Assembly: GCA_965208125.1 (NCBI GenBank)
Contig: OZ242320.1
Span: 3,136,001 to 3,200,000, forward strand
Direction of reading: 5' to 3'
Length of the DNA stretch: 64,000 nt
From: Candidatus Latescibacterota bacterium
GTDB lineage: Bacteria > Latescibacterota > UBA2968
The number at the start of each line of letters is the position of its first letter. Position 1 is the stretch's first letter. Of the stretch, positions 58,471-64,000 are shown one piece after another. Under the pieces are notes generated by a model that was not told the DNA's origin, ran no database searches, and saw only the letters and a list, made by a program, of their open reading frames with translations. Made by a program: the position numbers and the translations under genes.

Positions 58471-59202
58471 GTGTCGCGAAAGAGGGTGTTGATTACAGGT
58501 GCAGCAGGGCGTATTGGCGTGGTTCTCACAGATGGTTTGCACGAGCGGTATCAACTGCGAGTGCTTTACAATCGCACAGTTTTAGATCAGAAGTACGACG
58601 AGGAAGTGATGGTGGGAAATATCACGGATCTGGAGAAGATGGAAGAGGCGGTGGATGGAATGGATGGCGTGGTTCACATGGCGGGCAATCCGTCGGGTGG
58701 TGCGACATTTGAAGAAACAGTTGAGGCGAATATTATCGGTACCTATAATATTTACGAGGCGTGCAAGCGCAGGGGGGTGAAGCGGGTGATTTTTGCCAGT
58801 ACAAATCACGTTACGGGCATGTATGAAAAGAAGGGTCCGATTTATACGACCTGGGAAATGCCCGTGCGTCCCGATAGTTATTACGGTGCGAGCAAAGCGT
58901 ATGGTGAAGCGTTGGGACGGTATTATGTCGATGAATATGGATTGTCTGTGATTTGCCATCGCATTGGGTCTTTTCAGCCTGTTTCTTCTGTTCGCAATCG
59001 AGGTAGTGACCGCATTTTATCGACCTGGCTGAGTTATAAAGATACGGTGCAATTGACCTGGCGAAGTATTGAGGCGTCGGAGAAAATTGATTTTGCAATT
59101 TATTACGGTATTTCGGATAATACGCGAGCGTATTGGGATCTTCAGAATGCGCGCGAAGAGATCGGGTATGATCCCGTGGATAATGCCGAGGATTATGTGT
59201 AA
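58471..59202 (+). CDS. NAD(P)-dependent oxidoreductase (uronate dehydrogenase/epimerase-like SDR)
   Basis: TGAAGRIG, FASTNH, PDSYYGASK. Confidence 0.88.
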   Translation: MSRKRVLITGAAGRIGVVLTDGLHERYQLRVLYNRTVLDQKYDEEVMVGNITDLEKMEEAVDGMDGVVHMAGNPSGGATFEETVEANIIGTYNIYEACKRRGVKRVIFASTNHVTGMYEKKGPIYTTWEMPVRPDSYYGASKAYGEALGRYYVDEYGLSVICHRIGSFQPVSSVRNRGSDRILSTWLSYKDTVQLTWRSIEASEKIDFAIYYGISDNTRAYWDLQNAREEIGYDPVDNAEDYV

Positions 59203-59235
59203 AAGGCGATCCGCAGATGAAAGAAGAGGGGGGAT

Positions 59236-59305
59236 GAATTAAGAATTGAGAATTAGGGGTTGGGTGGCGGGCTGACTGCTAATAGCTGACCGCTGATTGC
59301 TGAGC
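59236..59305. repeat. Two 7-bp-periodic arrays followed by a terminator-like hairpin
   Basis: GAATTAA GAATTGA GAATTAG; GCTGACT GCTAATA GCTGACC GCTGATT GCTGAGC; then GCCGC-AATCG-GCGGT plus T-run. Confidence 0.65.
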
Positions 59306-59322
59306 CGCAATCGGCGGTTTTT

Positions 59323-60204
59323 TTATGCGAGGTCGTGCAGGCGTTTGGCAGATGTTATGGTGTTGTACAGGAGCATGGTGATGGTCATGGGACCAACGCC
59401 GCCCGGAACGGGTGTGATGGCACGCGCTTTTTTGCTGATGGCTGTGTAATCGACATCGCCAACGAGGCGATAACCCGCTTTTTTGGATTTGTCGGGTACC
59501 CGGTTGACGCCAATGTCGATGACGACTGTGTCTTCTTGCACCATATCGGCTGTGATGGTGTTGGGATGTCCTGTTACTACAATGAGGATATCTGCCTGAC
59601 GGGTGAAGTGCCCGAGGTCGCGCGTGCCGGTATGGCATAAGGTGACGGTGGCATTTGTGGCTTTTTGCGAAAGGATGTTGGCGAGTGGACGCCCTACCAG
59701 GGTGCTGCGCCCTACGATGACGACGTGTTTGCCTGCGACTTCGAAGTTGCCGCGTTTGAGGATTTGTTGTACGCCATGGGGCGTGCAGGGCAAAAAACCT
59801 TCTTCACCGCGCATGAGGCGACCGAGGTTGACCGGGTGGAGACCATCTACATCTTTGTCTGGTGAGATGCTGTTGAGGGCAGTTTGTTCGTCAAAGCTCT
59901 GGGGCAAGGGAAGTTGAACGAGGATGCCGTGAATGGTGGGGTCGGCGTTGAGTTGTTCAATGGTGTCGAGAAGGTCGGATTCGGGCTGGTCGGCTGTCAG
60001 GGTGTGTTCAATAGAATATATGCCGATGTCCGCACAGGCTTTGCGTTTGCCTTTGATGTAGGATATGGATGCCGGATCGTCGCCGACGAGTACGACCGCG
60101 AGGCCAGGGGTGAGTTTGTGATATGCTTTGAGGTGCCTGACTTCTTCAGCCATTTCTGCGCGCATGGTTTTGGACAGGTCTGTGCCGTTTATGATTTTTG
60201 CCAT
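59323..60204 (-). CDS. folD: Bifunctional methylene-THF dehydrogenase/cyclohydrolase
   Basis: GILVQLPLP, KDVDGLHP, PCTP, TPVPGGVGPMT. Confidence 0.96.
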   Translation of the reverse strand: MAKIINGTDLSKTMRAEMAEEVRHLKAYHKLTPGLAVVLVGDDPASISYIKGKRKACADIGIYSIEHTLTADQPESDLLDTIEQLNADPTIHGILVQLPLPQSFDEQTALNSISPDKDVDGLHPVNLGRLMRGEEGFLPCTPHGVQQILKRGNFEVAGKHVVIVGRSTLVGRPLANILSQKATNATVTLCHTGTRDLGHFTRQADILIVVTGHPNTITADMVQEDTVVIDIGVNRVPDKSKKAGYRLVGDVDYTAISKKARAITPVPGGVGPMTITMLLYNTITSAKRLHDLA

Positions 60205-60265
60205 GATCGCTTTCTCCCATGTGAATGCCCAAAACAAAAATACGCCCGGGCGATGTGATTGTTTT

Positions 60266-60341
60266 TGCCCAGGCGGTCGGCATGTGATATAGTCCAGTGC
60301 TTCCTCGTGGTTATTTCCACTTTTCCGCCAGTTACACTGGA
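60266..60341 (-). ncRNA. ZMP/ZTP (pfl) riboswitch upstream of folD
   Basis: TCCAGTG-TAACTGGCG…GTGG-AAATAA-CCAC-GAGGAAG-CACTGGA…GCCGACCGCCTGGGCA matches the pfl consensus; competing terminator GCCTGGGC…GCCCGGGC plus T-tract (60274-60231). Confidence 0.9.
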
Positions 60342-60412
60342 TATTTCTGTAAATTTAAGGGATTTGGGCAGACAATCCAAATCTTTTTTGGAAGTTACCA
60401 GCCCGCATTTTT

Positions 60413-61822
60413 TCAAAGGGAAATCGGATGCTCGGAATCTCTTTCCATTGTTTCGGGGAGTTGATAGACGTTGCCTTTTTTGTCGCAGAAGTAAAGGCAG
60501 GATTTGGATGCACATCGCGCATTGCCGTCGGCCCAGAGGGCGTAGAAGTCGGGGTGTGCATTGACGGGACTTCGGGCATAGGTGTGGTTGCGGGCGCTGT
60601 TTTGCGTGAGTTGTTTGACGCGCTTCCACGTTTGTCTTTTGCGTTCCCACATTGCCATTTCTCCGCCGGGATTGTAGGGTTGTGGTCCGGTTTCTGTGGG
60701 GGCGATGACGCGCCAGGTGCCGTCTGCTTCGAGGTAGAGGGACCCCATGTCGTAGTTGCTGTCGGATATGGTGATGGGGTGGGCGTGCCAGTCGCTCCCA
60801 GTCCATTGTAATAGGGTCCAGGTGCGCGGGCCATTTTCCGGGCCCGATTCATAACCTTTGCTGGTGATGACGAGAATGACGGGTTTGCCCTGTGGGTCGA
60901 GGCGAATGTCTTTGAGATAGACTTTCAATCCTTCGGCTTCGTAATCGCGCACAAGGGCGTTGTTGGGTGGGGTTGTAAGCGGAATTTCGACGGCTTCCCC
61001 GGCTGCATTTTGCCAGGTTTGTCCAAAGTCGAGGGTTTCGAGATAGTAGAGGTTGGTGCGCCAGTTGAGACCGAGAGGGTCGGGATGGTAGTTAAAGGCT
61101 GTGACGGCTTTTTGGCTGGAGCATATACTGATTTGATAATGTCCTTTTTCGATGGCGGCGAGGCGCGTCCATTCGGACCATTTGACGCCGTTGGGGCTGG
61201 TCATGAAGAAGAGGGTGCGGTCGGCCGGATCTTTGTAGCGGGTGACAAAATTGATGAAGCCGCGATCCGGTAAGTGCCAGGCTTGCATGTAGGAAAAGTT
61301 GTCCATGGGGCGTTCTTCGCCATTGAGGCGATAGGTTGCATCAATTTGCTCAAATTCGTCAATGGTGTAGGGTTTTGCGCTTCGGTGGATATACGAGGGG
61401 CGCGATAAGCCGTGTGCCGTTGAGAAGATCCAGATATAGCCGTCGTCGTCTATGGATATGACGGGGTTGTCGTGGGCGTCGGCTGTGTTTTTGTCGAGGA
61501 GGATGGTCGGACGGGGAACCTGTCGGGTTTTGTGGTCGAAGTAGGAGATCATGTGCAGGAGAAAACCGCTGCGATTGCGCGAGAAAGCGCGGTCGCCGTT
61601 GAGGTCTTCTTTGGCGTGTTTGAGATGTGCGTCAAGGGGTGTGCCGCCGTAACAGAAGAAGGTTTTGTCAACTTCGGGACGGTACACGGCAAAGGGGCGA
61701 TGTTTGGCACAGTACGTGCCCAATCCACCGCTGTATTTGTACACGTATTCATCGCCCGATGGCTGATTGTAATACCATATCCCGCGATAGCCCGTGTCTT
61801 TTTGGTTTAAGGTGAGGGGCAT
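60413..61822 (-). CDS. BNR-4 repeat (beta-propeller) protein, possible polysaccharide lyase/hydrolase
   Basis: DAHDNPVISID..GYIWIF, SPNGVKW and TLDFGQTW Asp-boxes. Confidence 0.75.
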   Translation of the reverse strand: MPLTLNQKDTGYRGIWYYNQPSGDEYVYKYSGGLGTYCAKHRPFAVYRPEVDKTFFCYGGTPLDAHLKHAKEDLNGDRAFSRNRSGFLLHMISYFDHKTRQVPRPTILLDKNTADAHDNPVISIDDDGYIWIFSTAHGLSRPSYIHRSAKPYTIDEFEQIDATYRLNGEERPMDNFSYMQAWHLPDRGFINFVTRYKDPADRTLFFMTSPNGVKWSEWTRLAAIEKGHYQISICSSQKAVTAFNYHPDPLGLNWRTNLYYLETLDFGQTWQNAAGEAVEIPLTTPPNNALVRDYEAEGLKVYLKDIRLDPQGKPVILVITSKGYESGPENGPRTWTLLQWTGSDWHAHPITISDSNYDMGSLYLEADGTWRVIAPTETGPQPYNPGGEMAMWERKRQTWKRVKQLTQNSARNHTYARSPVNAHPDFYALWADGNARCASKSCLYFCDKKGNVYQLPETMERDSEHPISL

Positions 61823-61939
61823 AATTTTCTCCTTTGGAAGAAATATTCGTAGATAGTAAAAGAAAGAGAAAAAGAAACTCGCGTCAAGTTTCTTGACAAA
61901 GTTTGGTTTCATGACTTCATTGAAAAAATAATGCGCCAT

Positions 61940-61966
61940 GTAGAGGCGGTGCCCCTGTGCCCGCCC
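61940..61966 (+). repeat. Degenerate GTAG-type REP
   Basis: GTAGAGGCGGTGCCCCTGTGCCCGCCC. Confidence 0.45.
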
Positions 61967-61985
61967 TCCTTTAGAAAGGGTTATT

Positions 61986-62738
61986 ATGTCGAATCCCACG
62001 ATTGATGTGTTGATGTCGCACAGGAGTATTCGGAGGTTTGAAGATCGGCCCTTGCCCGATGGGGTGTTGGAGTCTCTGATTCGGTGCGGGCAGCAGGCGA
62101 GTACGTCGAGTAATTTACAGGCTTATACGGTGATTCATGTGGCTGATCCCAGGCGAAAAAAGAAGTTGGCTGAGTTGTGTGCCGATCAGGTGCAGATTCA
62201 TCAGAGTGCGGCTTTTTTGGCTTTTTGTGCGGATTTGCATCGGGATTGGATGGCGAATCAGATGCACGGGGTTGAGCGATTTGATGGGGATTATGTCGAG
62301 GCGTTGATGATTGCGACGGTGGATGTCGCGCTGATGATGCAGAATGTGGCGATTGCGGCGGAGTCTATGGGTTTGGGTATTTGTATGATTGGGGCGATGC
62401 GGAATAATCCAAAGGCTGTGGGTGAATTGCTCGGTTTGCCGCCTTATGTTGTGGCTGTGTCGGGATTTTGTATTGGGTATCCCGCACAGGAGCCAGAGGT
62501 GAAACCGCGGTTGCCCGTCGATGCGGTGTTGCACCGGGAGCGTTATCTGGATGACGAGACGCATCGGACGATTATGAAGGATTACGATGAGAAGATGGTG
62601 GCGTTTTATGCGTCACAGGGGATGCACGAAGGAGATCAGCGCTGGACAACGGTGGTGGGCGGGCGCACCGGGCAATTCCATGTGCGTGAGGAACTGGACG
62701 AGTTTCTGACAGCGCAGGGGTTTAAGTTGCGGAGGTGA
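61986..62738 (+). CDS. NfsA/Frp-like NADPH-dependent nitroreductase
   Basis: HRSIRRF, ASTSSNLQAY, AAESMGLG.C.IG, VKPRLP. Confidence 0.9.
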   Translation: MSNPTIDVLMSHRSIRRFEDRPLPDGVLESLIRCGQQASTSSNLQAYTVIHVADPRRKKKLAELCADQVQIHQSAAFLAFCADLHRDWMANQMHGVERFDGDYVEALMIATVDVALMMQNVAIAAESMGLGICMIGAMRNNPKAVGELLGLPPYVVAVSGFCIGYPAQEPEVKPRLPVDAVLHRERYLDDETHRTIMKDYDEKMVAFYASQGMHEGDQRWTTVVGGRTGQFHVREELDEFLTAQGFKLRR

Positions 62739-62845
62739 AGGGATGATTCGTTGGAATGATGGAATTGAAAAGCGCTTGACCGAGTAGTGGGCGTGTATTA
62801 TATACGCCTGCACTTTGGAGACAAATAATCATAAAGGAGGACAAG

Positions 62846-63493
62846 ATGAAAGTGCTGATTTTATCGGGGCCGAACCATCGGTTTGATGCAAGTGCCGAGG
62901 TTATCAATGGGTTTTTGGGTGCTGAGGACGATTTATCTGTGGCGCTTGAAGACAATAAGGATGTGCTGACTTCAGACGCTTTGGACGATTTTGATGTGCT
63001 GGTACACGGTACGGGATTCACGCGTACAGAGCGGGACGCAGATGGGACGGTGAATCGCTTGCCGGATTTGACGCCTGATCAAGAAGAGGGGTTATTTGAT
63101 TTTGTCGCAGGTGGCAAGGGTCTGGTGGGTATTCACGGTACGGCTTGGTGGATTGGTGGGAGGGCTGTGGATTTGATTGGCGGACACGCAAACTGGCATC
63201 CGCCGGGATTGACGTTTACCGTCAATATTGCAGATGACGCGCATCCCATTACGCAAGGGGTCGAAGATTTTGAAGTGGAAGACGAGATTTATATGTCGGC
63301 CTGGGATCCCGCCGTTCACATTTTGGCAACCGCGGATTGGAGCGATAAGCAGCATCCTATGGCCTGGGTGAAGAATTATGGCGAAGGACGGGTATTTTAC
63401 ACGACTCTGGGACACGGGCCGGGTACATTCGAGCGGGCAGGGATGCAGCAACTGGTGACGCAGGGCGTGAGATGGGCTGGAGGGAATTCGTAA
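62846..63493 (+). CDS. ThuA-like (class I glutamine-amidotransferase-like) protein
   Basis: GGKGLVGIH, HPIT…DEIY, HPMAW…YGEGRVFYTTLGH; AGGAGG SD. Confidence 0.88.
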   Translation: MKVLILSGPNHRFDASAEVINGFLGAEDDLSVALEDNKDVLTSDALDDFDVLVHGTGFTRTERDADGTVNRLPDLTPDQEEGLFDFVAGGKGLVGIHGTAWWIGGRAVDLIGGHANWHPPGLTFTVNIADDAHPITQGVEDFEVEDEIYMSAWDPAVHILATADWSDKQHPMAWVKNYGEGRVFYTTLGHGPGTFERAGMQQLVTQGVRWAGGNS

Positions 63494-64000
63494 TGCTTAG
63501 ATTTGCCGAAGAACTCTTGCTTCTGACACTCGACGACGAGAATGGGAGATTTGCTCGCGTGCCAGACCGGCTGATGCGGTACGCGCTGGCTGGCGGTGTG
63601 TTGATGGATTTAGCGCTGGAGAATCGGATTGATACGGATCTCAAAAATCTGATTCTCGTCGATTCGACTCGGCTTCAGGATAGCTTGCTCGATCCGACGC
63701 TGGCGGATATTGCAGAGGCGGACGATACTAAGGATGCGCGCTTTTGGGTGGAACGCACCGCACTTCGCGCAGATACGATTCGAGAAGTGGCACTCAATCG
63801 GCTCGTAGAACGGGGTATTCTCAAGCGCGAAGAGGACCGGTTCATGTGGGTATTCCAGGCGCGGCGCTATCCCATTATTGACAATACGGCCGAGCGCGAG
63901 GTCAAGCTGAGGATTATGGAGGTGTTGTTCAGCGATCAGATTCCAGGTCCGCGCGATGTCGTGATTATTGGCCTGGCGCATGCATGCGATATTTTCAAAG
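63493..64000 (+). CDS. GPP34/GOLPH3 family protein (3'-truncated; absent from the ORF track)
   Basis: Manual translation MLRFAEELLLLTLDDENG…ALAGGVLMDLALENRI…L..RGIL…RRYP; frame open to the window end. Confidence 0.85.
   Translation, partial: MLRFAEELLLLTLDDENGRFARVPDRLMRYALAGGVLMDLALENRIDTDLKNLILVDSTRLQDSLLDPTLADIAEADDTKDARFWVERTALRADTIREVALNRLVERGILKREEDRFMWVFQARRYPIIDNTAEREVKLRIMEVLFSDQIPGPRDVVIIGLAHACDIFK

Overview
Bacterial chromosomal window with no rRNA, tRNA, CRISPR array or integrase/transposase that I could see. The porX-like/tsaE synteny, outer-membrane proteins, a sulfatase and a Fibrobacter-type LexA box suggest a diderm FCB-group organism (inference). The housekeeping/catabolic backbone includes tsaE, a sugar-acid-type catabolic cluster, a TPP enzyme, an OGG1-like glycosylase, an ABC exporter, the sufBCDSUT-rrf2-nfuA operon, lexA, dprA, kamA-like, murQ, a clpX-like ATPase, rqcH/NFACT, folD under a ZTP riboswitch, and nfsA-like. 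It is interrupted by a ~17 kb defence/conflict island (about 10.95-28.1 kb). The island carries: an NYN RNase; a Fic gene with a 52-bp tandem promoter/operator array; an orphan DUF5131; a Dcm + MORC-type GHKL/histidine-kinase + receiver three-gene module with no recognisable nuclease; a UPF0175 antitoxin with a deleted toxin; a type I RM system (HsdR + fused HsdM-HsdS) with a downstream HEPN-like gene and an inserted GxxExxY gene bounded by periodic inverted repeats; and a tandemly duplicated secreted-protein gene. All calls are from motif recognition by eye; no searches were run.
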